Program-made: the position numbers and the translations under genes
NCBI GenBank assembly: GCA_965541515.1
Contig: CBEUCC010000001.1
Location: forward strand, 1 to 62,713
Direction of reading: 5' to 3'
DNA: 62,713 nucleotides
DNA from: an uncultured Thermoplasmata archaeon
GTDB lineage: Archaea; Thermoplasmatota; DTKX01; DATEUP01
Notes under the pieces: generated by a model
The model's input: only the letters and a program-made list of their open reading frames with translations
Databases searched by the model: none
What the model was told of the DNA's origin: nothing
In this document: positions 23,614 through 33,257 of the stretch, one piece after another
Numbering within the stretch: position 1 is the first letter of the stretch
How the letters are laid out: every line of letters begins with the position of its first letter

Positions 23614-25608
23614 TCAGTTGTCCTCTCTCGGCCTCCGCCGCAACCAAAGCAGGGCGAGGGTACCCGCAGCCACGAAGAGGAGCAACCACATGAACGGGAA
23701 GGGATCGCCGATGAGCGCCGGGGGCGACGCTCCGGGGAGGCCGCTGTCGAGAGGCGGATCGTCTGCAACGACATTGTCTGCAGGGTCGAGGGCAGCGGGC
23801 GGCTCTGGCAATGACCCGTCGACCGGCTCTGCGCGGGGGGGCGAAAGGTGTACCGTCGTCCAGTTGTATTGTGGAACTTCGGCGGGGCGCGTCCGAAATC
23901 CGAATTCGGATTCCAGCCCGGCCACCACTACGTAGTCCCCTTCCCACAGCCATGCCGAAAGCCGGAAGGTACCAGAGAATGCTTCGCCGTCCCATCGCAT
24001 GGGGCCACCCGGAAAGTTGCCGTCTCGTGTATTCCCGGGCATGGGGAAGACACTCTCGACAGGGATGACGTCCCCCCAGGCCGAGAGGCCCGTAACATTC
24101 TGTCCCGGTTGAGGATAGGCGCGGACCGCAAGGGTCCCGTTTACGGTGTCATGGGTTGCTTCGACGCGCAGTGGCCCTGGGGGTCCGTGACCCGGCCAAT
24201 GCTCGTGGTTGAGGGGGGGCACTCCAACATTGATGTGGACCTCAAGCCGCTCGCCTGCCTCCGTGACGAACCGCACGTGGAGCAGATCGTTCCACGTCCA
24301 CGCCTCCGGGATTGGGCACGTGAAGGAGAAGGTCCCGTTGGCATCGGTCGGTCGCTCCCCTATGAAGAAGGGCTGTCCCCTATTCCAGGGCCCCGCGAAC
24401 ACGGCCACGCTGTAGTTTGCGAGGGGCGTGCCGTTCACTGCGGCTGATATTGTGAAGGTCGCCTCTGTTCCGGGGACGATGATGGTGGGGTCGGAGAGCA
24501 ATCTCAACACCAAGTCGTGAGGCGGCGGGTCCGGGCCACCTTGTGGCTCGAATGGGTCGTCGCGGTACGCGCCGGCGACCATGAGCCGGCTGGTGAGCCC
24601 GAAGCCCTCCACGTTGGCAATGACCAGGATGCGGTCGGGATCTCCCTCGCTGTCCAGGGGAACCGTGGCGCATCCGTCGGGGCCCGTCGTACGGTTCTCG
24701 CGGATGGGGATGTCCGCAGAGATAATGCTCGTGGGATTCGGGATGATCCCGAAAGCCACACTTGCGTTCTCGACCGCGTGCCCTCGGTAAGACGCGCAAA
24801 CGCGTGCAGCAGATCCGGCAGGCGCGCCGTTGACGATCTCCAAGATCGCGGGCAGCGGGTGCACGATGACATGCGCCACAGCCGAGGGCTGGTGGACCGT
24901 GCCCTGGATCTCCGCGTTGAATTGGAATCTCGTCGAGACGTTCGTCTCGGGCGGGATCTGGTATGTGAAGCTGTGGACGCCCGGCCCTTCACGCACTCCG
25001 ACCACGGACTGCTCGTCCCGTGAGAGGGAAAAAGGCGAATATTCCTCGAAGCGATCCGCGTACGGAAACAGCACGACCCGGCCACTGGGGGCCCCCACGT
25101 CTTCCGGTCGGCCGTCGCGGTGCGTGTATGACTGAAACACAATAGTGTCACCCGCAAGAGGTTCGATGCCCAGTTGCTCGGTGTTCGCCACGCGTGCCCC
25201 GATGTAGAGTCCGGAAGGGTAGCCGGGTTCCCCGATGTGGTACGACAGGCGTCCGGTCTCCTCGTGGTCTGCCACGCGAGCCGTGACGTGAATCGATACG
25301 GAACGGTAGCCAGAGTTGAACTCCGGCCGGATTTCAAGAGTGGCCGTGAACCGTCCAATTCCCGCGTTCGAGAAGTCAAGGACAACCGTCGGCTGCCCGC
25401 GCGCCGCCGAAGCCACCCCTGTCAACTCGTCAGGGTGCACGAGAGAGGCGTGCATGTACACCTCGACATGAATCGTGATTGTCTCGTTGACTCCCGCGCC
25501 TTCCGGCGTAGCATAGACGACCACGGTCATGGGGTCGGGAAACGCCGCGGCTGGCGCCGCAAGCAACGTTGCAAGCAGCGTCGCAATGACGAGCGGCAGG
25601 AAGCGCAT
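23614..25608 (-). CDS. Secreted, C-terminally TM-anchored surface protein (paralog of 20666-22477)
   Basis: Start MRFLPLVIATLLATLLAAPAAAFP at 25608. The N-terminal MTVVVYATPEGAGVNETITIHVEVY aligns with LTVLVFAQNQGAGVGDTVDLRVEVY of the paralog. C-terminal TM FMWLLLFVAAGTLALLWLRRR. Confidence 0.7.
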   Translation of the reverse strand: MRFLPLVIATLLATLLAAPAAAFPDPMTVVVYATPEGAGVNETITIHVEVYMHASLVHPDELTGVASAARGQPTVVLDFSNAGIGRFTATLEIRPEFNSGYRSVSIHVTARVADHEETGRLSYHIGEPGYPSGLYIGARVANTEQLGIEPLAGDTIVFQSYTHRDGRPEDVGAPSGRVVLFPYADRFEEYSPFSLSRDEQSVVGVREGPGVHSFTYQIPPETNVSTRFQFNAEIQGTVHQPSAVAHVIVHPLPAILEIVNGAPAGSAARVCASYRGHAVENASVAFGIIPNPTSIISADIPIRENRTTGPDGCATVPLDSEGDPDRILVIANVEGFGLTSRLMVAGAYRDDPFEPQGGPDPPPHDLVLRLLSDPTIIVPGTEATFTISAAVNGTPLANYSVAVFAGPWNRGQPFFIGERPTDANGTFSFTCPIPEAWTWNDLLHVRFVTEAGERLEVHINVGVPPLNHEHWPGHGPPGPLRVEATHDTVNGTLAVRAYPQPGQNVTGLSAWGDVIPVESVFPMPGNTRDGNFPGGPMRWDGEAFSGTFRLSAWLWEGDYVVVAGLESEFGFRTRPAEVPQYNWTTVHLSPPRAEPVDGSLPEPPAALDPADNVVADDPPLDSGLPGASPPALIGDPFPFMWLLLFVAAGTLALLWLRRRPREDN

Positions 25609-25718
25609 GGGACGGGTCTCTTGGACTTTCGCTCTAGGCGCCTTAAGGCTTCTTTGGTGGATGGGGCGGACACCCCCAACCCGTGACCGCCGCTTGCGCG
25701 ACGTTCCGCTCCCACCGG

Positions 25719-27074
25719 CTACGGCCGGACCTTCTTCTCGGCCGCCTTGAGCGCCGCCTCGAAGATCTCCACTCCCTTGTCGACCTGCGCGGCCGTCACG
25801 ACGAGCGGCGGGATGAAACGCGTCGAGTTGCGGCCGCACCCCAGGACCACCAGCCCACGCTTGAACGCCTCTTCGCCAACCGCGTCGCGCAAGCGGGCGT
25901 CGCGCGACTTCGTCCGCGGGTCCTTCACGAACTCCGTCGCCTGCATCAAGCCGATCCCGCGCACATCGCCCACGCGCGGGTGGTCCTCCTGGACCTCCTT
26001 GAGCCGCTTGCGCAGGAGCTTGCCCTGGCGCGTTGCATTGGCGAGCAGCTTCTCCTCCTCGATCACGTCGAGCGTCGCTGTCGCGGCCGCACATGCGACC
26101 GGGTTGCCCCCAAACGTATTGGAGTGCGAACCCGATACCCTCCAGTCGAGGTCCGCACGGAAAACGGTGGCCCCGATGGGCATCCCGGACCCGAGTGCCT
26201 TGGCGACCGACACGATGTCCGGCTTCACGCCGAAGTGCTCGCTCGCGAACCACTTGCCCGTGCGGCCGATGCCGGACTGCACCTCGTCCATCACGAGCAG
26301 GATCCCGTGGGGGTCGAGGATCTTCTTGAGTTCCTTGAAGTACGGCCGCGGGGGGACGATGTAGCCGCCCTCCCCCTGGATCGGCTCCGCGAAGACCGCC
26401 CCGAGCTCATCCGGCGGGATGAGCGACGGGAAGTACTCCTCCTCCAGGATGTGGAGGCACCAGAAGTCGCATGAGGGGTACTCGATCTTGTAGGGGCACC
26501 GGTAGCAGTCCGCGAACGGGATGTGCTCGACGCCGCCGAGCATCGGCAGGTACCCTTCCCGCTGCACCTTCTTGGAGGCGGTCATTGAGAGCGAACCCAT
26601 ACTCCGCCCGTGGAAGGCACCGAGGAACGCGAGGATGGAGGGGCGCCTGCTCGCTTGGCGCACCAGCTTGATGGCGGCCTCGTTGGACTCGGTCCCTGAG
26701 TTTGTGAAGAACGTGAGTGCGCGGCCCCTGATGGGCACCAGCCCGTTCAGGCGCTTGGCGAGGTCCGACTGCTGCGCATAGTAGTAGTCCGTCCCCGCGA
26801 AGTGCAGGAACTCGCCGGCTTGGCGGCGGATGGCCTCCACGACCTTGGGGTGGGCATGGCCCGTGTTGAGCGCGCCCACGCCCGCCGCGAAGTCCAGGAA
26901 GAAGTTCCCGTCGACGTCCTGCGCGATGCACCCGCGGCCGCGCCGGATCGCGATCGGATCGGACTTCGTGGTGGTCGCCATTTCGCGCTTGTCGCGGGCG
27001 ACGATCCTCTTGGCCTTGGGGCCGGGCGGCGTCGTCGTGATCTTTGGCATCGTGGGGAACGTGTTTCTTGCCAC
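25719..27074 (-). CDS. Class-III PLP aminotransferase (4-aminobutyrate / acetylornithine aminotransferase-like)
   Basis: ...GVGALNTGHAHPKVVEAI..., DEVQSGIGRTGKWFA, DIVSVAKALGSGMPIG (PLP Lys). GTG at 27074 is preceded by GGAGGG. An alternative start is Met at 27050. Confidence 0.8.
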   Translation of the reverse strand: MARNTFPTMPKITTTPPGPKAKRIVARDKREMATTTKSDPIAIRRGRGCIAQDVDGNFFLDFAAGVGALNTGHAHPKVVEAIRRQAGEFLHFAGTDYYYAQQSDLAKRLNGLVPIRGRALTFFTNSGTESNEAAIKLVRQASRRPSILAFLGAFHGRSMGSLSMTASKKVQREGYLPMLGGVEHIPFADCYRCPYKIEYPSCDFWCLHILEEEYFPSLIPPDELGAVFAEPIQGEGGYIVPPRPYFKELKKILDPHGILLVMDEVQSGIGRTGKWFASEHFGVKPDIVSVAKALGSGMPIGATVFRADLDWRVSGSHSNTFGGNPVACAAATATLDVIEEEKLLANATRQGKLLRKRLKEVQEDHPRVGDVRGIGLMQATEFVKDPRTKSRDARLRDAVGEEAFKRGLVVLGCGRNSTRFIPPLVVTAAQVDKGVEIFEAALKAAEKKVRP

Positions 27075-27213
27075 CTAGGCACCCTCCGTTACGAGATTCG
27101 TAACTCCTGGCCCCCGCATTAAGGTTTGGATATCGCCTTCTTGGATCTGCAAGCGCCACGGGCAGCGCACCCCCTCAAATAGCGGGTCGGGCGTCCCGGG
27201 CCGGGCGGTCACC

Positions 27214-28242
27214 GTGGTCTCCATCGACGGCTCCATAGGCGAGGGCGGCGGCCAAGTCCTGCGCACCGCGGTCGCGCTCGCGGCGGTCATGGAGACCGAC
27301 CTGAAGATCACAAACATCCGGTCAGGGCGAACGCCCGGGGGGCTCAAGGCGCAGCACGTGGCCGGCGTGCGCGCCGTCGCGCAGTTGTGCGGCGCCGGGC
27401 TGGAGGGCGACAAAGTCGGGTCGAGCGAGTTGCGGTTCCGCCCGGACGTGTTGGGGGGCGGTGACTTCACGTTCGACGTCGGGACGGCCGGCTCGGTCGC
27501 CCTCGTCGTCCAAGCGGCCCTGCCGCCAGCGCTGCGGTGCGGCGAGGCTGTGACAATGACCGTCCACGGGGGGACCGACACCACGAACGCGCCGACGGTG
27601 GATTACCTCGAACATGTGCTTCTCCCCGTCCTGAGGACGGCCGGTGCTGACGTCTCCCTCGAGGTCCCATTGAGGGGGTTCTTCCCCAAGGGCGGAGGCG
27701 AAGTTCGGATCCGCGTGCAGCCCGGTGGCGCGCTCAAGCCCTTCGCCCCGACAGGCCCTCACCCCAAGCCCGTCGTCGAGGGAGTCGTCGTCAACTCAGG
27801 GCTGTCGGCCGACGTCGCCGACCGTACGCGGCGCTCCCTCCTGCGCGGCGTGCGGGGGCTCCATGTGGGGCGCGTGCAAATCCTGCACGCGACAGCCGCC
27901 TCGCACGGCGTCAGCGCGACCCTGTGGTGTGCGCGCCGGGGGGGCGCACTGGGGTCGTCGGGCGTGGGCAAGCGCGGGTATTCGGCCGAGGCGCTCGGGC
28001 GCGACACCGCCGAGCCCGTTGCCCGTGCGCTGAGGGCCGGTGTCGATGTTGACGAGTTCCTGCTCGACCAGGTCCTGCTCTACTGCATCATGGCGACCGG
28101 CCGCTCGAGTTTCACGTTCGACCGGATGACACCACACGCCCAGACGCTGCTGGCGGTCGTTCGCGAATTTGCGCCGTTTCGCAGCGAGGTCGAGCGACAC
28201 GGAAGGCGGAACCGCATGGTCATCGACGGCGAGGGGCTGTAA
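27214..28242 (+). CDS. rtcA: RNA 3'-terminal phosphate cyclase
   Basis: VSIDGSIGEGGGQVLRTAVALAAV...ITNIRSGRTPGGLKAQH, the hallmark RtcA N-terminus. Confidence 0.85.
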   Translation: MVSIDGSIGEGGGQVLRTAVALAAVMETDLKITNIRSGRTPGGLKAQHVAGVRAVAQLCGAGLEGDKVGSSELRFRPDVLGGGDFTFDVGTAGSVALVVQAALPPALRCGEAVTMTVHGGTDTTNAPTVDYLEHVLLPVLRTAGADVSLEVPLRGFFPKGGGEVRIRVQPGGALKPFAPTGPHPKPVVEGVVVNSGLSADVADRTRRSLLRGVRGLHVGRVQILHATAASHGVSATLWCARRGGALGSSGVGKRGYSAEALGRDTAEPVARALRAGVDVDEFLLDQVLLYCIMATGRSSFTFDRMTPHAQTLLAVVREFAPFRSEVERHGRRNRMVIDGEGL

Positions 28243-28476
28243 CGGGGAGGCGCGATTATCTAGGGATGTCCTTCTCGGCACGCTTATCTATCGGCCCGGC
28301 TCGGGTGGCATGTCGTCTCCACGCAGGGGAGCCACTTCAGATTCGCCCACGTGGGGCGGAACGAGGTCTTGGTGGTTGCTCTCCACGAATCGATAAGGCG
28401 CGGCGCGTTGTTATCGACTTTGAGGCTGGCCGGTATTGAAGTGGGGGAGTTCCTGGAGGCCCTCTGAGCGGTCCCT

Positions 28477-29706
28477 TCACCGCGACCGCACCCGGTGCGT
28501 CTGTCCCGTCACCTTCGCAACGATCTGCCAGAACTCGTCGAACGTGACGCTCCCCTTGCGCTCCCCGAGCTCTTTCAGGCTCGCCGTCACGCGGTCCACC
28601 TGCTCCTCCGGCAGTCTTACGCCCTGGCCCGAGAGGACGGCCCGCACATGGGCCTCGCCGGTATGCTTGCCAAGCGCGAGCGTCCGGCGCTGGCCGACGA
28701 GCTCCGGCGGGTAGGGCTCGTACGTGCGCGGGTCTACCATGACCGCCTTGACATGGATTCCGCTCTCGTGTGAGAACACGTTCGCGCCGGCGACGGGCGC
28801 GTTCGGGTGGATCGGCACGCCGCTGCGCGCGCTCACGAGCTCCGAGAGCGCTCGTAGCCCCGGAAGGTCGACCCCCGTGTCGATCCCGTAGAGCAGCTCG
28901 GCCGCCACTGCGAAGGGCTGGAGCGGCACGTTGCCCGCGCGCTCGCCGATCCCGTTCACGGTCGTTGTCACGAACCCTGCACCCGCGAGCACCCCGGCAA
29001 GCGCGTTTGCGGTCGCAAGGCCGAAGTCGTTGTGCAGGTGCACCGAGACCGGGAACCCGGCGAGCCCGTGCTTCACGTCCTGCACCAGTTGCGCGATGCC
29101 GTTTGGCGTCGAGCCGCCAACGGTGTCCGTGATCCCGACGCGCTCGGCGCCCGCGGCGACCGCCGCCCGGTAGATCCGCAGGAGGTCGGCGAGGTTGGCG
29201 CGCGTCGAGTCCTCCGTCGAGAAGCCGACCCTGAGGCCCCGGCCGCGAGCGTACTCGGTCACGCGCGTGATGTCGGGGAGCACCTGGTCGACGGTCTTCT
29301 TCAGCTTCACCTTCAGTTGGATCGGGGAGGCCGGGACAAAGAGCAGCACGAGGTCGACTCCGGCGTCGGCCGCCGCGTCGATGTCGTCTCGCCGCAACCG
29401 GGCGAGGCAGAGGATGTCCGCGTCCAGCCCCGCCTGGGCGATCTGCCTGACGGCCGCGGCCTCCGAGGCGCTGACCGACGGGAAACCCGCCTCGATCTCC
29501 CGGACACGCACCTCGTCGAGCGCCCGGGCGATCTCCAACTTCACCGCGGGGACGAACGCGACCCCTGGCATCTGTTCGCCGTCGCGCAGGGTCGAGTCGT
29601 AGACCACGACCGACTTGGGCACGTCATGGTAGAGGCCGTGCAGCCGGTAGGGAGATACGGCCACTTTGTCGCGCGGATCCACGAGGGCTCCGATGGTACA
29701 GGGCAC
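28477..29706 (-). CDS. 2-isopropylmalate synthase family enzyme, short form (citramalate/homocitrate synthase-like; no LeuA C-terminal regulatory domain)
   Basis: VVVYDSTLRDGEQMPGVAF and the HxH motif (SVHLHNDFGLATAN). GTG start at 29706. The start is uncertain because a TTTTTA box abuts it. Confidence 0.75.
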   Translation of the reverse strand: MPCTIGALVDPRDKVAVSPYRLHGLYHDVPKSVVVYDSTLRDGEQMPGVAFVPAVKLEIARALDEVRVREIEAGFPSVSASEAAAVRQIAQAGLDADILCLARLRRDDIDAAADAGVDLVLLFVPASPIQLKVKLKKTVDQVLPDITRVTEYARGRGLRVGFSTEDSTRANLADLLRIYRAAVAAGAERVGITDTVGGSTPNGIAQLVQDVKHGLAGFPVSVHLHNDFGLATANALAGVLAGAGFVTTTVNGIGERAGNVPLQPFAVAAELLYGIDTGVDLPGLRALSELVSARSGVPIHPNAPVAGANVFSHESGIHVKAVMVDPRTYEPYPPELVGQRRTLALGKHTGEAHVRAVLSGQGVRLPEEQVDRVTASLKELGERKGSVTFDEFWQIVAKVTGQTHRVRSR

Positions 29707-29775
29707 CCCTAAAAACTTCGCGAACAGGTTCCCGCCCGGGGGCCCGTGCGGGCTCCGGCCCAGGGGCCGTGGACC

Positions 29776-32013
29776 TCACGAGTCGCCTTCGTCGTCCTTC
29801 CCCTTGCCGCCGGAGCCGCCTCGCGCGAGCGGCTTGGACATGACAAAGCGATTGATCACGTAGAACAGGCCGAACCCAGCGACAATCCCGACGATTACTC
29901 CGATGGCCGTGAGCCCTTGTACGCGCGTGAGTTCCTCTCCGCGCGCGTCCAACTCGCCCTGTGTGTTGGACCTTCCATCTTCCGCCTCCTTGAGGTCACC
30001 AAGGGTCCGGTTGAGATCCCCCCGTGCGACGCTCGTGGCGTTCTGTGCGGCCGCGAGGTCCACCGTCAGGTTCGCCACCTCTTGGCGCGTCTCGTTCAGT
30101 GTCCGGCTGATATTCTCCCAGAGCGCCGTGGCGTTGTCGCGCTCGCCATGTGACTGGTTGAGCTGCACGCGCAGGGTCGACACGTTGTCCATCAGGTCTT
30201 GGATGCGGCCCTGGCTGATGGACTCGTTCTCGAGCGATAGGTTGAGCCGGTCTTCGATGTCCGACGCGGTGCTGTTGATTGCGTCGAACGCGGCTTGGAG
30301 CACCGCGAGTTGCGCCTGCAGGTCTAAGATCTGCTGGTCGAGCGAATCTATGACGGTACCGACTTCGGCCGCGGTCGCGTTGTGGAGCCGCTCGGCCGCG
30401 GACTCGGTGACAAGGACACCCCCGCCCACCGCGGCATTGTAGCGCGCGCCGGTCGAGGCGAATTCGTAAGACGCGAGCATCGCGGAGACCGCGTCAAAGT
30501 CCGTGGCGGCCGAGGCGGTGGCGTTCGTCGTGTTGTATGTAAAGGACGCCCCGACGACGGGGGGGCCCTGAGCGCTGGAGAGCAGGAGGGGCGGTGCGGC
30601 CACGAGGGTGTCGAACGCGTCTACGAACCGGTAGACCGCGAGGGGCTCCTCGCCCGTGAGCGACAGGTCGCGCAGCGCACCGACGAGCCCGGCCACCGCC
30701 GCGCCCGTGTACGAGGTCAACGCCGGCTCCGGCCACTCGGCCGCAAAGGAGCCGTCGCGGTAGAGAGCGGACTCGAGCCCGGCGGCGGCGCGCAACCCCG
30801 CGTCGAAGTCCGCTTTGAGTCCCGTGGCGGCGGCCGATGCCTCGAGCGCCTCGACGGCCTGGGCCTGCGCCCACAGGGAGGCCGCCGCGAAGTCCGGCGT
30901 GACGGCCGTGCCGTTGACGGTGAAGGTGGCGGCGTAGCGCCCGCCTGCGCCCGCCATCGCAAGGAGGGCCTCGACGGCCTGCTCGCGCAGGTCGCCCAAC
31001 TGGCCCTGGAGGGTGGTGTCGGAGCCGGTGGCCGACTCCCCGACCGCAAGCGCGCGGGCAAAGAGCGCCAGGTCGCCGGTGTCCACCGAAGCGCGGTCGG
31101 GTTCCGTGTAGGTGCCCGCGGTCGCGTTCCAGTGGTACGCGTGCGCGTTTTGCGCCACGGCGCCAAGGAGCGCGCGCGACTCGTTGTAGAGGGAGTCGTC
31201 GAAGGGCGAGCCGTCAAACAGGCCGGCGAGGTCGCCTGCCGGGTCGGAGAGGCCGACGACCTCCGCCAGGCCGAGGACGAGCGCCGCCTGCCCGGCCAGC
31301 GAGCTCGCGTTATCCGAGGCGACAAAGCCCTGGAACGTGGACCCGGAGATCGTGACGGCCATGGCGTCCGGCACGAGCTGCCAGCCGTTGCTGGTGTTGT
31401 CGTCCGTGAGCGCCGGGTCGGTCAGGTTGAACGCCTGGAGCGCGGAACCGTTGTAGGCCGCGCCCCCCGCGACCGCGGTCACACGGTCGTGGATCGCCTG
31501 CACCAGGAAGAGGCCCATAAGGCCAGCGTCGTCTGAGGCGCCCACGAGCGGGCCGTCGGGGTCCTGGGTCCCGTTGGCGTCGTGGTTCGTCCGCAGCAGT
31601 TCGCGGGCCCAGACCGCCTGGGCGGCCGCCCCGGTGCCCAGCGAGGCCGCGCCCACCACGCGGGCAGACGCCGTGAAGTTCCACCGCTGCTCGGCGTAGT
31701 CCGCGTCGCTGCCATTGCCCGTGTACGTCGGGTCCGAGAGCGCCGCGTATTCCATGAAGACGGGGAGCGCACCCGTCGGGAAGGCGCCCCCGGACCACGC
31801 TTCGGTCTGCGTGCGGAACGCGTCGTAGTCGGTGATGTTGCCCGCAAAGGTCGGGCCGCCGATCAGCGGGGCCCCGAACGACGAGCGCCAAAACACATGG
31901 TCGAGCGTCGCGAAACCGTCCGCGGCGAGCGCGTCGGTGGCCGCCTGCAGCTCCAGCTCCTCGTAGGCGGCGCCAAGGGGCATGAGAATTGTCGAGAGGA
32001 CAGCGGCCGCCAT
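29776..32013 (-). CDS. Secreted surface protein: large helical N-domain, about 170-aa sequon-rich coiled-coil stalk, C-terminal TM, short charged tail
   Basis: Start MAAAVLSTILMPLGAAYE at 32013 with TATA-like CTTATATGA about 65 nt upstream. Heptad-like region LDQQILDLQAQLAVLQAAF...NLTVDLAAAQNATS... TM AIGVIVGIVAGFGLFYVI. Confidence 0.65.
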   Translation of the reverse strand: MAAAVLSTILMPLGAAYEELELQAATDALAADGFATLDHVFWRSSFGAPLIGGPTFAGNITDYDAFRTQTEAWSGGAFPTGALPVFMEYAALSDPTYTGNGSDADYAEQRWNFTASARVVGAASLGTGAAAQAVWARELLRTNHDANGTQDPDGPLVGASDDAGLMGLFLVQAIHDRVTAVAGGAAYNGSALQAFNLTDPALTDDNTSNGWQLVPDAMAVTISGSTFQGFVASDNASSLAGQAALVLGLAEVVGLSDPAGDLAGLFDGSPFDDSLYNESRALLGAVAQNAHAYHWNATAGTYTEPDRASVDTGDLALFARALAVGESATGSDTTLQGQLGDLREQAVEALLAMAGAGGRYAATFTVNGTAVTPDFAAASLWAQAQAVEALEASAAATGLKADFDAGLRAAAGLESALYRDGSFAAEWPEPALTSYTGAAVAGLVGALRDLSLTGEEPLAVYRFVDAFDTLVAAPPLLLSSAQGPPVVGASFTYNTTNATASAATDFDAVSAMLASYEFASTGARYNAAVGGGVLVTESAAERLHNATAAEVGTVIDSLDQQILDLQAQLAVLQAAFDAINSTASDIEDRLNLSLENESISQGRIQDLMDNVSTLRVQLNQSHGERDNATALWENISRTLNETRQEVANLTVDLAAAQNATSVARGDLNRTLGDLKEAEDGRSNTQGELDARGEELTRVQGLTAIGVIVGIVAGFGLFYVINRFVMSKPLARGGSGGKGKDDEGDS

Positions 32014-32315
32014 GACGTAAGCTAGCCCTTTCCTGGCCAGAGAATCACCACGGAGTGCGCCGGGCAACAGGCAGGGGTCATATAAGGGCACCGATACGGC
32101 CAGACGCACTCCTGGCCACGTCCAGATGACAGGCGTCGCGGGCCCCCGGAAGCGCGTTGGTACGTTCGCGGTGCGGCTCGGGAGCGGGCTCCCGACCGTT
32201 GAACCGGGTCACTATCTGTCTGCGCGCGTGATGGAGCGGTAGTTAACCGCGCCGGAGAAGCCGCCGCCATCCTCAAGTAGGACGTCACGCTGCAAAGGTC
32301 GGAACTAGGTACCCC

Positions 32316-33176
32316 ATGACCGCCGCCGGATCCATCACACGCACCTTCGGGCTCTTCACGCTCGTCTTTGTCATCATGTTCGCCATCGCCTGGGGGCTGG
32401 CCTTCTTCCTCTCCTTCTGGAGCCTCTCGTTCTTCGTCATCTTCGCGCTGTTCGCGGTCGTGCTAAACGTGTTCACGTACTATGCGTCCTCCCGGCTCGT
32501 CCTTCGGAGCTACCGCTGCAAGGTCGTTTCCAAGGAGGAGGCACCCGAGCTCCACCAGATGGTGGCTGAGGTGGCCGAGGCCGCGGGGATTCCCAAGCCT
32601 AGGATCGCCATCATGCCGTCTGCCTCCCCGAACGCGTTTGCCACCGGACGCAACCCGCGCCACGCGGTCGTTGCGTACACGACGGGCATCCTCGACCTGC
32701 TCAAGCCCAATGAGCTGAAGGGTGTGACCGCACACGAGCTCGGGCACATCAAGAACTACGACACGCTCGTGATGACGGCAACCGCGACGGTTTCGTCATT
32801 CATAGCCTATGCGATCATGTTCGCGGGGATGAGCGCCGGCCGTGGGCGCGGCGGCTTCGGGACAATGATCGCCGCCTACATCCTGGGGATGCTCGCTGCG
32901 GCCATGATCCGCGCTTTCGTCTCGCGGCGGCGCGAGTTTGGGGCCGACGAAACGGGAACGGCCATCCTCGGCGACTCGACAGGCCTCCAGAACGCGCTCC
33001 TAAGGCTCGACTACGCGACAAAGGGCCGCCCGATGAAGCAGGCCAGGGAGGCCTCCGCCCACCTTTTCATCGTCAACCCCCTTGCCGGCGGGCGCGGGGC
33101 CTCGTTTGTGGCCGGGATGTTCAGGTCCCACCCGCCGATCGAGAAGCGCGTGGCGCGCATGCGGTCGATGAAGTGA
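32316..33176 (+). CDS. htpX: M48-family zinc metalloprotease HtpX
   Basis: HELGHIKNYD (HExxH), 4 TM segments, ...RSHPPIEKRV. Confidence 0.85.
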   Translation: MTAAGSITRTFGLFTLVFVIMFAIAWGLAFFLSFWSLSFFVIFALFAVVLNVFTYYASSRLVLRSYRCKVVSKEEAPELHQMVAEVAEAAGIPKPRIAIMPSASPNAFATGRNPRHAVVAYTTGILDLLKPNELKGVTAHELGHIKNYDTLVMTATATVSSFIAYAIMFAGMSAGRGRGGFGTMIAAYILGMLAAAMIRAFVSRRREFGADETGTAILGDSTGLQNALLRLDYATKGRPMKQAREASAHLFIVNPLAGGRGASFVAGMFRSHPPIEKRVARMRSMK

Positions 33177-33257
33177 GCCATCGGCCGGCGCGGGCCCGAA
33201 AGCGGGGTAACGCCCCGAAGCGAAACGTATTTGGTCGGCGCGCCGTGGTTGGCCCCC

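Noticed and set aside
30382-31536. 384-aa plus-strand ORF
   Set aside because: It is antisense to the 29776-32013 surface-protein gene, which has a signal peptide, coiled coil and TM. The product is Arg/Gly-rich.
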